Positions 1-13,388 of a stretch of 64,000 nucleotides of DNA are shown piece after piece. The DNA is taken from contig OX597834.1 of assembly GCA_951406725.2 (NCBI GenBank), positions 32,612,001 through 32,676,000 of the forward strand. The letters are read 5' to 3'. The DNA comes from Octopus vulgaris (Eukaryota). The number at the start of each line of letters is the position of its first letter. Position 1 is the first letter of the stretch. The notes under the pieces are model-generated. The model had not been told where the DNA came from. It did not search any database and was given only the letters and a program-made list of their open reading frames with translations. The translations under genes and the position numbers were made by a program.

Positions 1-168
<168 letters not shown>

Positions 169-370
169 GTGATCTGATCCATAAGTATCCAGACTGTTGC
201 TATAGTAACGAAGCTAAAGCACACAAAGTGAAGTCACTTGGCACAGAGTGACCTTGAACACTGCAGTGCATGCTTACTAAGGCTTAACATTCTAGCTTAC
301 TTCTGCTGTTTACAGCAATGCTTGGAAGGAAGGTGTGTAGCGTGTGATCATCGCTCATGGATGATCACCT
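169..370 (+). mobile_element. Tc1/mariner-like DNA transposon 5' end remnant between TA tracts
   Basis: TA-flanked unique-looking segment (ataagtatccagactgttgctatagtaacgaagctaaagc...gtgtgtagcgtgtgatc) resembling a mariner left end. No transposase ORF is retained; family assignment is from recollection. Confidence 0.45.
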
Positions 371-381
371 ATATATATATA

Positions 382-459
382 TTGAGCGTCCAATAATACT
401 ATATTTGTTCCACGTCCTCGCGTTGTTGTATTTTTTTGTGCTTTCTTGTTTGGATTAAC
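382..459 (+). mobile_element. Penelope-like pseudo-LTR 3' fragment (family P1)
   Basis: Near-identical to 53966-54042 and to the reverse complement of 20348-20428; inserted in (TA)n. Confidence 0.6.
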
Positions 460-567
460 AATATATATATCATGTGATCACGTGACCAACCAGTCCATCA
501 GATGTTGCTACACATCGCTGGTCACAATGCGCTTCACATTGTTTGTTTATATATATATATATATATA

Positions 568-877
568 GGTGTGGCTGTGTGGTAAGAAGCTTGCTTACCA
601 ATGGGCAAGTGTCTTCTACTATAACCTCAGGCCGACCGAAGCCTTGTGAGTGGCATGTTTATGTGTGTGTGTCTGTATTTGGCCCCCTGCCATTGCTTGA
701 CAACCGATACTGATGTGTTTATATCTCCATAACTTAGCAGTTCGGCAAAAGAAGCTGATAAAATATGTACTAGGCTTACAAGGAATAAGTCCTGGGATCA
801 ATTTCTTCAACTAAAACTCCTTAAGGCAGTGCTCCATCATGGCCACTGTCAGATGACTGAAGCAAGTAAAAGAATTA
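568..877 (+). mobile_element. tRNA-derived SINE family A (internally deleted copy)
   Basis: Head ggtgtggctgtgtggtaagaagcttgcttacc, body gggcaagtgtcttctactata...gccttgtgagtgg and tail gactgaagcaagtaaaaga are shared with >15 copies in the window. Confidence 0.85.
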
Positions 878-878
878 A

Positions 879-911
<33 letters not shown>

Positions 912-1939
912 TGCATATATACATGTGTGTGTATATATATTCTAATTTTTATTCTTTCATTTGTTTCCATCACTTAACTGTGGCCATGCTGCAGTATTTG
1001 TGTGTGTGTATGTACACACACAAACATACAGATACAGACATACATTCACACAGACACATGCAAACAACAAACCATTTCCAACACAACTGCATCACCACAA
1101 CAGCTGCCATACACCACCATCACCACCACCACCACTGCCAACAGTTGCAGCAGCAGTACAAGCACAACCACTACTACCACTATGATCAACACCAACAGCA
1201 GCAGCAGCAGCACCACCACCACCACCACCACCACAAATCACCACACACACACACCACCACCATCACCACTAGGAACATCACCAACGTTGAAATGATTACA
1301 ATACCATCATTGGAGATGTTCCAAACTTCTGGCACAGACCATTTCAGTGTCGCCCTCACCCGCCTATCCTGCCCTGCCCACCCCTTGGTAATTCACCATT
1401 TTAACACAGGAAGGAGTTCCAGGAACAGGCTCCTCTTTTAAATGAACTGCCGTTGCCACCACCACCACCACCACCACCACCACAGCCACCATCACCTCTG
1501 CCACACTGCCAACACCACCAACACTACCATTAACCATCCACCACCACCACAGCCACCATTACCATCATCATCTCTGCCACACTGCCAACACCACCAACAC
1601 TACCATTAACCATCCACCAACCACCACCACCACCACCACCACCAACTAATTAACCATCCACCAGCCACCACCATCACCACCATGGCTGCAGCCACCGTCC
1701 ATGTCTCTGCTGCCAACACTACCACCCAACCTCCCCCACCACCACCTCCATACCTCACTGGTTTAACACCATTTAACACTCACTAAACTACCTATTCATA
1801 TTCACCGTTTGAACTCTGCTCCCCAGAACCACTGCCAGCCTGGCAATCTGCTCTCTCTAAATATACGCCTTTGTTGCTGCTGTTCTTGTAGTTGTCGTTA
1901 TCATCATTATCATCATCATCATCAACAGCATAATTAAAC

Positions 1940-2173
1940 TGGCATTCGGTCAGTTACGATGACGAGGGTTCCAGTTGATCCGATCAACGGAACAGCCTGC
2001 TCATGAAACTAACGTGAAAGTGGCCGAGCACTCGACACTTTTGCCTGCTGAGTGGACTGGAGGAATGAAAAATAGAGTGTCTTGCTCAAGGACAAAATGT
2101 GCCACTGGAAATCAAACTCACGATCTTCTGATCAGGAGCTGAATACCCTAACCACTGAGCCATGTGTCTTCAC
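1940..2173 (-). mobile_element. tRNA-derived SINE family D (internally deleted)
   Basis: Shares ccagttgatccgatcaacggaacagcctgctc and gtcttgctcaaggaca...ccactgagcc with 24230-24720, 31119-31798 and 35668-35995. Confidence 0.8.
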
Positions 2174-2379
2174 ATCATAATTATTATTAAAAAGGAAACA
2201 TGAGCAAATCGGTAGAGCATCCGGAAATATTCAACTGTGGTCAATTTAGTCTTGTATCCTTCCTCATAGGATCAATAATATAAAAACTGGTACAAATAGC
2301 TGTTTCTACCTTAGGGACAAGGCCAACAAATTAAGGGACAAGGAAATAAGGGCCAGTGAATTAAATAGACTTAACTTAT

Positions 2380-3160
2380 AGTGTGGTTATAGCTGGAACA
2401 ATTTTTGATCAAGGTTCACTGGATCAGGATTGAAATAGGTACCAGATATGCAAAAAGTTGAGATGGTCACAGCTGGAGCATCTTTGATCATAGTTCTGTT
2501 GGGTCAGCACTGAGTCAAGTCCTAGATATCTCAAAACAGGTGAGATGGTCAAAGTACAGAATTAAAACATCCTTGATCACAGTTCAGCTGGACCTGGAGT
2601 CAGCTAGGTCAGGGCTAAATAAAGTGTTGAGCTGGTCACACTGAAGGTTGAGCTGGCCATAATTCTGCTACATCAGCTCTGTGTTAAGTCCCAGGTACAC
2701 AAAAAGGGTGAGATGATCACAGATGGAGCCTCTTTTACCATAGCTCCACCGGACCAGGTGCCAGCTAGGTAGGTCCTAGCTATAACAAAAAGATGGTGTG
2801 ATCACAGCTGAAACATCTTGGGTCATAGTTCAACTGGATCAGGACTCAGGTGTTAGCTATACAAAAAAGTGAGACGGTCATAGATGGCGTATCACTGATC
2901 ACAGTTTGGCTGAATCAGGACTCGGTTAGGTATTAGCTATATAAAAAAGTGAGACGGTCATAGATGGCGGATTGCTGATCAGAGTTCAGCTGGATCAGGA
3001 CTCAGTTAGATATTAGCTATACAAAAAAGTGAGACGGTCATAGATGGCGGATTGCTGATCAGAGTTCAGCTGGATCAGGACTCAGTTAGGTATTGGCTAT
3101 ATAAAAAAGTGAGACGGTTAAACAGAAGTTGTCTGATTATAAATCTGCTCACCCAGAGTT
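2380..3160. repeat. ~80-bp minisatellite array, roughly 9-10 diverged units
   Basis: The motif aaaaaagtgagacggtca recurs in exact 80-bp register near 2861, 2941, 3021 and 3101; more diverged units lie near 2451, 2531, 2701 and 2781. Confidence 0.85.
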
Positions 3161-3405
3161 GCCCCAAAAGCAAATGAAGAGCTAGCGAGTTAACAGAATT
3201 CAACATTGCTGTCCTTGCCTAATGCCAAGCGCTGTTATGACAAATGCACTGCTCAGCTGTGGTTAGGTGGACTGGAGCTTTTCAAAGTTAAATGTCTCGG
3301 CTACCACAGACACAACAAAAGTGTTATTGACAGGATATGAATCAGTAGACCCTTGGATTTTTATTGGCTAGTACCCTGGCAAATTGATTAAATTTTGCTT
3401 TCATA

Positions 3406-3464
<59 letters not shown>

Positions 3465-3581
3465 AGTGGATAACACGCACACACAGCCACAGAGCAACAC
3501 TCATGCACACACATAGATGAGTGACGAGTGAAACAGTCAATATTTGCTCTATTAAAGGACTTGTTATTGATCATGACCAAC

Positions 3582-3662
<81 letters not shown>

Positions 3663-3816
3663 TATGTATATTACTGTAGAACTGGTTTAGAAGAGAAGCT
3701 GTGTAATGAAATAGCCTTTTATCTTGTGTGTGTGTGTGTGTATCTGTGTGTGTGTGTGAGTATACATATGTCAGAATGTTTATATATATATATATAGATG
3801 CACATATACATATATC

Positions 3817-3872
<56 letters not shown>

Positions 3873-3910
3873 CACACACATATGCAGATTATACATACAC
3901 ACACCTATCT

Positions 3911-3963
<53 letters not shown>

Positions 3964-4033
3964 TATAAACAATTACACACATATTTATACATACATACAT
4001 ATACATATGTATGTACATATCTATCTACCTACA

Positions 4034-4076
<43 letters not shown>

Positions 4077-4457
4077 GTGTGTGTGTATATGTATATATAC
4101 GTGTGTATGTGGTCCACAGTGAGTGCGTGGTGATAGGTGAGATTGTGTGTGTGTGTCACAATATACATGTGCATGGGATAGCATATGTGACTGCATGTGA
4201 TGGCATCTACACAGGTATGTGTGTGTGTGCGCGCACAAAGGTGTGTGTGTGTGTGTATGTGATTTTGTGTACATGATCGAGTCATGGCGCTATGTATGTG
4301 TGCATGTGCGTGTGAGATGGAGTGTACGCGTGTGCATGCGACGCTGTTGTTACATGCTTTTGCATGTCTGTGTGCACATATATATATATGTATATATACA
4401 CACATGCCTGTGTGCAATGGCATGATGGTGTGTTTGCGAGATGGTGCAACATGGTCA

Positions 4458-4494
<37 letters not shown>

Positions 4495-5035
4495 TGCATG
4501 TGTGTAAAGTAGGAAGCAACAACAACAACAATAACAACAACAACAACAACTGCAGCAACAAGAAAAATAATATTAAACAATACAGGAAACATACTAAACA
4601 ACTTAGTGAACTAGATAAACTACTTTAAGTGGCAGTGCATTGCCACGCTGGTAACAACAACAACAATAACAACACACGATGACGACAACAACAACAACAA
4701 CAACGGCAGCAAGTGTCGATAACAGCGTGAAGAAACTCTAAGACAAGTTGAAACGAGTTGCACCACAGTTAGAAAAAAAAAAAAAAAAAGAAGAAATGAA
4801 TAAAAGAAATACAAATGAAGAAGAAGGAAAAAAAAAGTTCTGAAAAAAGTAATAAAAGAAAATAAAATGGTTTTTTTTTTTTTTTTAAAAAAATAATTAA
4901 AACAAGAAAATATATAAATGAAAAGAACAAAAAAAACGACAAAAAACAAATCACCCAACGGAACAACAGGAAAGTAGATAATAATAAAAAAAAAATTTAT
5001 AATAATGATAAAAATAATAATAATAATAAAAAAAA

Positions 5036-5082
<47 letters not shown>

Positions 5083-5104
5083 TAATAATAATAATAATAA
5101 TGAC

Positions 5105-5136
<32 letters not shown>

Positions 5137-5311
5137 TGATAATAATAATAATGATAATAATAATAATAATAACAGCAATAATAATAATAATATAAAGAAT
5201 TTCAGAAAGAAAAATGAACATTTGAAAATATTTCCTTTGTAATTTTCGTTTTTTCTTGGGTATTTTTTCTTTTCTTGTAATATTCTAATTATAGTTGCAA
5301 TCCAGTAGTAC

Positions 5312-5344
<33 letters not shown>

Positions 5345-5584
5345 GAGGAGGAGGAGGAGGAGGAGGAGGAGGAGTCTTTTCTTTATTGGCCACAAGGGCC
5401 AAAACACAGAATAGGGATGTTACAACACGAAGGACAAAGGGGTTGTACAAAATAGCAATAAGAATCAACAACAAAATTTAAACAACAAAAATTCCTTAAA
5501 TAGGGGTAGAGAGGGTGGGTTGGGGAGGAGTTCTTCATGGCCAAATCAAGGAACCCCACACATCATAACTCCAGAGAGATAGGT

Positions 5585-5780
5585 CTTAGATATACAAAAA
5601 GGTGAGATGGTCACAGTTGGAACATCTTTGATCATAGCTCCACTGGACCAGAACAGAGCTAGACCCTAGATTTACAAAAAGGTGAGATGGTCACAGGTGG
5701 AATACCTCTGATCATAGTTTAGCTGGATCTGGATTGAGCTAGGTTCTTAACAATAGAAAAAAGATGAGATGGCCAAATCG
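5585..5780. repeat. Second short array (~2.5 units) of the same 80-bp unit
   Basis: caaaaaggtgagatggtcacag...tgatcatag occurs twice, followed by a partial unit. Confidence 0.8.
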
Positions 5781-6486
5781 TATGGCTTTGTGGTTAAGAA
5801 GCTCATTTTGCAATCTTAAGGTTTCAGGTCCAATCCCACTGCATGTCACCTTGGGCAATTGTCTTCTGCAATAGCCCTGAGTTGACCAATGCCTTGTGGG
5901 TGGATTTGGCTGACAGAAACTCCATGAAAACCAGTTGTGTGTGTGTGTGTGTGCATGTGTGATCCTTTTCCACTTGTTTTCCATACTGCCATGGATTAGA
6001 CTGTCTGATAGGATTTGATGAGCCGCAGGGCTGTGTCAGGTCCCCAATGTCAGTTTTGTTATAGTTTCTATGACTGGATGCCCATCCTAATGCCAACCAT
6101 GGTACAATGTGTACTGGGTGCTTTCTTTACGACACTAGCACTAATGAGGTTTCCTATGAACTCAAAAGATTAAGGGGCCTTTTGGTTTGTCTTTATCATC
6201 ACCCACCCACCTCATTGCTTGATAACTGGCATTGGTTTGTTTCAATCCTGATAACTTAGCAGTCCAGCAAAAGAAACCAACAGAATAATTATCAGAGCTG
6301 ACCTTAAAAACAAAAAACAACAACAACAACTAAGTACTGGGGTGGGTTTTTTTTAAAACTATACTAAAACACTTCAAACATGGTGCCCCAGCATGGTCGC
6401 GATCCAACAACTGAAACACGTAGAAAGGAGAGGGAAACAAACGGCAAGTCTTTTGTCATTCTTCTGTGTCAGCATGGGTTCTGACA

Positions 6487-6500
6487 GTTACCATAGCAAC
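6487..6500. promoter_or_regulatory. RFX X-box motif (GTTACCATAGCAAC)
   Basis: Matches the X-box consensus GTHNYYATRRNAAC and lies in non-repeat sequence. Function not shown. Confidence 0.4.
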
Positions 6501-6644
6501 CATAACCTAGAGACATGCTGTATGGGAGATAAGTAGTGCTACCATATTAACTGGAGTTTGTATATATATACATACATATATACAGAACGATAAAATTATT
6601 TGCATAAACAGACAATATACACTCGACAGACCGCAATGTATAAT

Positions 6645-6654
6645 ATCATCATCA

Positions 6655-6685
<31 letters not shown>

Positions 6686-6720
6686 CAAAATCATCATTGT
6701 TGTTGTCATTGATATTATTA

Positions 6721-6757
<37 letters not shown>

Positions 6758-6855
6758 CAAAATCATCATTGTTGTTGTCATTGATATTATTATCATTATT
6801 ATTATTATTATTATTATTATCAAAATCATCATTGTTGTTGTCATTGATATTATTA

Positions 6856-6890
<35 letters not shown>
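6645..6890. repeat. Compound tandem repeat: atcaaaatcatcattgttgttgtcattgatattattatc+(ATT)n, 3 copies
   Basis: Three identical non-microsatellite cores separated by variable-length ATT runs. Confidence 0.9.
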
Positions 6891-8350
6891 ATTTATTGTT
6901 GTTCACCCTGTAAACGTTTCTCTCTGACCAATTATAGTAATCGGTGATATATGATTAATGAGGACTGCCTTCTACCTGAACTACTGAAGAGGACTTTGAA
7001 AGCGAAAGCTATCGATTGGCCTTTGTTTTTGTTGTTGTTGTTCTTTTCTTGTTTGCCGGCTGCACTAATGGGCCTGCACCACACCCAGAGTGGAGACCCT
7101 TGCCCACCCGCACCCTCACTAAAACCGTTGACCAGACATGCAGTCATCGCTGCTCTCACTATGGAACATGGAGTTTTCTTCACGGCTCCCTCCCTGGACT
7201 ACACACAAACACACTTTCAAACACATACACACACAAATGAACTCACCCACAAACTCACATACATACACAACTCTCAAACACTTTCACACACAGTCTCTCC
7301 AACACTCAAATATATACACACACACTCTCTCTCTCACTCACACACACACACCTACCCACATGCAAATACACACGCATAAATACACACATATACACTCACA
7401 AATACTTTACCAGAATTACACAACACTACTCAGCACTTAGGAGACCCAAAGCATAAAGAAGACAACCCTCTCTCACCCACCACCCACTACACTCCACCGC
7501 ATATATGCCACCCCCCCCACTGCTTCCCACAACCTGCCATACAAGTACACGCACACACACAACCATCTCTGTTTCACACTTGAATCACCACATACAACAC
7601 CTTTACTGTTCTACATCACACACATACACATACACAAAAGCATACACACAGATACAGATACACACACACACATACGGATACACATACACACACAGATACA
7701 TACAAATACACACACACATACACACAGCCTCATTGCTGTCAATGCCACACCAAACCGCACACACAGCACTCTGTCTTATACACACACACACACAAATACA
7801 CACAAATACACACACACACAATTACACACACACACACACAAATACACACACACAAATACACACACACAAATACACACACATACACACAAATACACACACA
7901 CATACACAATTACACACACACAAATACACACACACACACACATACACACAAATACACACAAACATACACATGCACACACACACATACACAAACACAGTGA
8001 TGTATCAAGTCCTTTCTCCACATGTAGCATTAGTGCACCACATGCACAATCCTCAGTGGATCACCCCATGAATACACCACACCCACACAACCCTCCCTGT
8101 TCTATGCCACATATTTCTTCCCATCATATACTACACACATTCACACCAAACACCTATTATACACACATTCCAAAGCACAGATTTTATTTATAAATGTTCA
8201 GGCATTGCCATGTGGTAAGAAGCTGTGTGGTTCCAGGTTCAATCACACTGCGTGGCACCTCGGACAAGTATGTTCCACTATAGACTTGGGTTGACCAAGG
8301 TTTCGTGAATGAATTCTGTACATGGAAACTAAAAGAAACTTAGAGCAACA

Positions 8351-8430
8351 TAACATGGCAGTCCTAGTTTAGGACGAATGTTGCTGTAATTCAGCACCAA
8401 CATTCATCCTAAACCAGGACTGCCATGTTA
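8351..8430. repeat. 80-nt inverted repeat (33-bp arms, 2 mismatches, 14-nt spacer)
   Basis: taacatggcagtcctagtttaggacgaatgttg ... caacattcatcctaaaccaggactgccatgtta. Confidence 0.9.
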
Positions 8431-8520
8431 GGCTGGCAAATAATTTTTACCCCAAAGTACTGTTGCTGAATATCTCTTGTTGAGAGATTTACAGATAGTA
8501 ATTTTCTAAAACAAATCTGT

Positions 8521-8575
<55 letters not shown>

Positions 8576-9189
8576 ACCTCACCACTACTGCTTGACAACT
8601 GGTGTTGGTGTGTTTACATCCCTTACTTAGTGGTTTGGCAAAAGAGAACAGCAGAATAAATACCAGTCTTCAAGAAAAATAAAAGTACAGGGGTTGAGTC
8701 ACTAGGCTAAAATCATTCAAGGTAGTGCTCCAGCATGACCAGAAACGATACATCTATGCACATAGAGATTAATGATGTCTTGACTATGGGTAGATCTTGT
8801 ATACCCTGAGGTGAACCTCAGAGTAGGAAGAAAATGACTCAACCAAAATATCAATACACATATCTATATATAGACACACTCACATACATACGAATCAGAA
8901 ATATTATATACACATCACCACGTCACAAAGTCAACAGACTCAGACCTCAGCTTGTCCAAAGAGATGAACTGCAGATAAAAATGGCAGACAAATGGCATTC
9001 ATATTTATTCATGACTAGCAGCTAAGCATGGTTTCACCTGGTCGGTTTGGATGATTTGGCTGTAAAACCTGCTCTGTGTAAGCATTCGACTTGTTTGGGT
9101 ATGCTTACATTAAAAAGCAATTTTAGAATGACTTTTTTCTGTCAAAACGCTAAAAATAACTAACCAACAAAAATTTTTTATTCTCATAG

Positions 9190-9688
9190 AGAACAGCACA
9201 TGCCATCAAAGTGACACTGAAGCCCAACATACCCATCATGACTACCCATCTGATAAGAGTACACCAGGCACATGCATCACACTCATATGTGTGCAACATG
9301 GTGATCCCATATCAAGATGAACAGTGCATGACCTTGCAGGTGGGGCCCAGTTGAATTTTCTTCAGGACAAGTAGCCCATCCCACTCAAAAGGTTCCTGAA
9401 TATGGTTTAAGGATGCTGAATGAAACATCCGTGTTTCCAGAGGTGAATTATTTAAATGCCAAAGAATCCCTCTCAACACATGGCTATGATGCTCCCCAAC
9501 TACTTCTGTTCATGATCAGAGATGCACATATCATCAACCATCAACGGACAGGCTCAAATGGTTAAGGTCAAACAATTGATAAGCAAATCTGTGGTATTGA
9601 GTAGAATATTTGCTGTAACCCATCTTTTATACCAACACAAAACAATGACAGGAGCCATGAGAGTCACTACCTGGTACTGCATCAGGGC

Positions 9689-9738
<50 letters not shown>

Positions 9739-9945
9739 AGTGAAAGAGCAGTGCATGCCATCAAAGTGACACTGGGGTAAGATATACAAAGCCCACTATA
9801 CCCATCATGACTACCTGTCTGATAAGAGCACACCAGGCACATGCATCACAACCATATGTGCATGACATGATGATCTCATATCAAGATTAACAGCGCATGA
9901 CCTTGCAGGTGGGGCCCAGTTAAAATTTTCTTCAGGTCGAGTAGC
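9190..9945 (-). mobile_element. Two copies (one partial) of a (TAA)n-associated interspersed repeat, probably a non-autonomous retroelement
   Basis: 9190-9690 and 9742-9945 share catgccatcaaagtgacactg...gcaggtggggcccagtt...gtagcc; separated and flanked by (ATT)n. Confidence 0.65.
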
Positions 9946-9948
9946 CTT

Positions 9949-9984
<36 letters not shown>

Positions 9985-10274
9985 ATTATTATTATTATTA
10001 TTATTATTCTGCTGCTGAGTCCAACTCTTTCATCCTTTTAGAGATGATGAAATAAGAGCCAATCAAGTACTGGCATCTATGTAATCAACCAGCCATGCTC
10101 CTGGTTCTGTCAATTTTCTGCCTTGAGGATTATTGTAGTTATTAAGGTGGAAAATCAGCAGAATTGTAAGCAAGTCAGACGAAATGCTTCACGGCAGTTC
10201 TGGTTCTTTACATTCTGAGTTCAAATCCCATTGAAGTCAACTTCGTCCAGTCCAGGTACCAGAGTGAATGGTAC

Positions 10275-10955
10275 TGACTGATACCCTGCCTAAATCAGTA
10301 CTTCTGTTATTCCGTAGTTTATCATTCAGTAAATGATACTTCTGTTATTCCATACTTCATCATCTTTTAACTTTTACTTGTTTCAGTCATTAGCCTCTGG
10401 CCATGCTGGTGCATCGCTTTGAAGAATTTCAGTTGAACAAATCAACCCCAGGACTTATTTCTTTTTAAACCAGGTACTTGTTCTATTGGTCTCTTTTGAT
10501 GAACCGCTAAGTTACCAGGACATAAACACATCAACACCAGTTGTCATGTGGTGGTGGTGGTGGGGGTAACCATAGATACACACAAACACACACATGTATA
10601 TGATGGGCTTCTTTCAGTTTCCATCTACTAAATCCACTCACAAGGCTTTGGTCAGCCTGATGCTGTAATAGAAGACACTTGCCCAAGATGCCACGCAGTG
10701 GGACTGAACCTGGAACCATGTGGTTGGGAAGCAAGCTTCTTACCACACAGACATGCCTATGCCCATTATATAATAAATTATACTCTTGTTCTTTCATACT
10801 TCATCATTTAATAAATAACGTTTGTTGCTGTTCAGTAGTTTACCATTCAGCAATTGATACTTCTGTTATTCCATACTTCATCATTTTGATAAACAATACT
10901 TTTGTTATTCCATACTTCAACATTTAATAAGTGACACTTTCGTTATTCCATAGTT
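10275..10955. repeat. Degenerate ~38-bp minisatellite (atacttctgttattccatacttcatcatt) interrupted by a family A SINE
   Basis: Units visible at 10275-10365 and 10780-10955, on both sides of the SINE. Confidence 0.75.
10367..10762 (-). mobile_element. SINE family A, full length, reverse orientation
   Basis: ttttacttgtttcagtca...cagtgggactgaacctggaaccatgtggttgggaagcaagcttcttaccacacag. Confidence 0.9.
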
Positions 10956-12236
10956 TAATAAACCGACACCAATGTCTGACGATTTTGGTTTGAATTAAGA
11001 TCTGTCACTTGATAGTCTGATAACTTATCTCCACCTGTGTTTGTGTGTGTGTATGTGTGTGTGTGTGTGTGAGTGAGAGAGAGCCTGTATATGTGTGTGC
11101 TTCTGTGCGTATGCACTTGTGTGTAAATGTGTGTGTGGTCGTGTCTGTTTGTGTGTGTTTGTATATGTATGTGGTTGTGTGTAGTTGTATCTATATGGAT
11201 ATGTGTATATACCTGCATCCACGTCAATATGTATGTGTGTGTGTATGCCTATGTATGTGTGTATGTGTCTCAGTGTGTCCATGTATGAGTCTGTGTGTGG
11301 TTGTGTCCATATGGATGTGTGTATGTTGTATGTGTGTGTGTGTGATCATCTGGATTTGTGTGTTTATGTATATACATGTAGATGTGTGTATCTCAGCAAA
11401 GATGCACGTGTGTGTGTGTGTGTGTGTGTGTAAACATGTCCATCTTGATGTGTTAGTATGTGTGTGTGAACATGTCTATCTTGATGTGTGAGTGTGTGTA
11501 TATCTCTGTTCATGTGTTTGTATATGTGTGTGTGTATATATATTTTCATGTGAATGTATAAATGTGACTGTGTTCATGTAGATATACATGTGTGTGTGTG
11601 TAGCTCTGTGTTCATGTGTGTGTGTGTGTGTGTGTGTGTATCTACGGAGACAGGTGATTGTGCATTCACATGCGTATGCAAATGTGTTCGTGTAGATGTA
11701 TGATTATATGTATCTGTATGTGTATTTGTCAGTGTGTATGTGTCCATGCACGAGTCCACATCTGTATGTGTGTTTATATCAATGTGTACATGACTGTGTA
11801 TAGGTGTGTTTCTGTGTATGTGTGTGTGTGTCCATGTCCACATATGTGTGTGTGTGTATATATATGCCTGTCTACGCAAACATAATTACATACATGGAAA
11901 ACTGACGTTAAATGATGATGATGATGATGATAACTTGTGTGTGTGTGTGTCCACATGTGTATGTCTGTGTGTCCAAGTCTAAGTGAATGTGTGTGTGTAT
12001 GTGTGTCTCAGTGTGTTACTGTATATACGAGTGTGTATGCATCTATGCAGATATGGGATTAAGTGTGTGTGTGTATGTGTGTGTCCCCATGTATATTCAT
12101 TCATCCATGTTTGTGTGTCAATGTGTGAGTCTACATATGTATGTGTGTGCATGTGTGTATCAATGTAAGTATGTGTGTGTGTACATGTGTGCCCATGAGC
12201 GTGTCCATATGAGTGTGCATGACTGTATATGTATGT

Positions 12237-12280
<44 letters not shown>

Positions 12281-12424
12281 ATATACGTATCAGTGAGTAT
12301 ATCTCCATACCGATGTGAATGTGTGACTACCTACATGTGCGTACATGCATGCATGCATGTGTGCGCCCATGTGCATGTGTATGTCACACTCCAGTGACAC
12401 ATGCTCTGATAACACCTGTATACA

Positions 12425-12438
12425 GTCACCATGGCAAC
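12425..12438. promoter_or_regulatory. RFX X-box motif (GTCACCATGGCAAC)
   Basis: Matches the X-box consensus; sits in a unique-sequence island between microsatellites. Confidence 0.4.
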
Positions 12439-13010
12439 AGGCTGTTGGCTGTCAGACAGGAGAAGCTTGTATCACGCAAGCAGAAAAACAACGATGATGA
12501 CGAACAAACGAGGATGGCAATGATGATGATGGTGATGATGATGATGACGATGACAATGCAGCTGTACAGTGGTCGATGCGTGCAATACCAGTCAGTTCTA
12601 AACGCAACTGCACCGAGCACTGGATTCCACCTGTTGCACGTCATTTCTTAACCTGGGGAACAGGTTCTGTTGCTGTTGTTGTGGTGGCAGTAGTTAGTGG
12701 TGGTTGCGGTTGTGGTTGTTGCTGTTGTTGTTGTTGTTGTTGTCACTTGACTGCAACAAACTGAACTGCACTAAGGATTCATTAGAGGAGTGATGATGGT
12801 GATGATAATGATGATGGTGGTGGTGGTGGTAAGTGATGATGGTGGTGGTGATGGTGGTGGTAGTGGTAAGTGATGATGGTGTGTGGCTATGGAAGGGTGA
12901 TGAAGCAAATAATGAGACATGCACATCAAACACACTCACGCGCACGCACACACACACACACACACACACTGGATAGGGGGCGAACAACTTGGAGTACCAC
13001 TCCCATTTAC

Positions 13011-13248
13011 CTGGCGATAGGACAGATAGTGTAGTGGCAGCAGGGGGTAGTAGTAGTGGTAGTAGTAGCAGTAGTAGTGGTAGTAGTAGTTGTAGTGGTG
13101 GTGGTGGTGGTGGTGGTGGCGGCAGTAGTACATTTAGAGAGAAGCAGGTTGTTATGCAAGATGGTGATGGATGTAGTAGTGCAGTGGTAGTAGTATGGTG
13201 GTGGTCAAGGGAGGTGCAATGTTGATGTGTCATTGCCCAGAGGGGCAT
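13011..13248 (-). CDS. Weak candidate first coding exon (79 codons, phase-1 donor) ending in a signal-peptide-like stretch
   Basis: ATG at 13248, donor CGCCAG|GTAAAT at 13011/13010 and upstream acceptor ctcactttcctgtcag| at 13409. The peptide ends LQLLLPLLLLLLPLLLPPAATTLSVLSP, but the Leu run comes from a (CTA)n microsatellite, so it may be chance. Confidence 0.2.
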
Positions 13249-13388
13249 GTTGGCCAGGCGATACAGAGGTGTGTCAGTCTCTATGGTGTCAGTCCCTATG
13301 GTGTCAGTCTCTATGATGAGGCATGTAAGCCGACAAGTAAGTGTGACCAGTGGTCACAGGGAGACAAAGGCCTGGCTTTGCTGCTCAC

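Noticed and set aside
8965-8990. Minus-strand TGCCATTTTTATC resembling the 5' end of mollusc miR-1985 as I recall it
   Set aside because: The match stops at 13 nt and there is no surrounding precursor hairpin.
12426-12644. 72-aa ORF with an apparent transmembrane segment
   Set aside because: The hydrophobic stretch is an (ATC)n microsatellite, and splicing from the 13011 donor in phase 1 meets an immediate stop.
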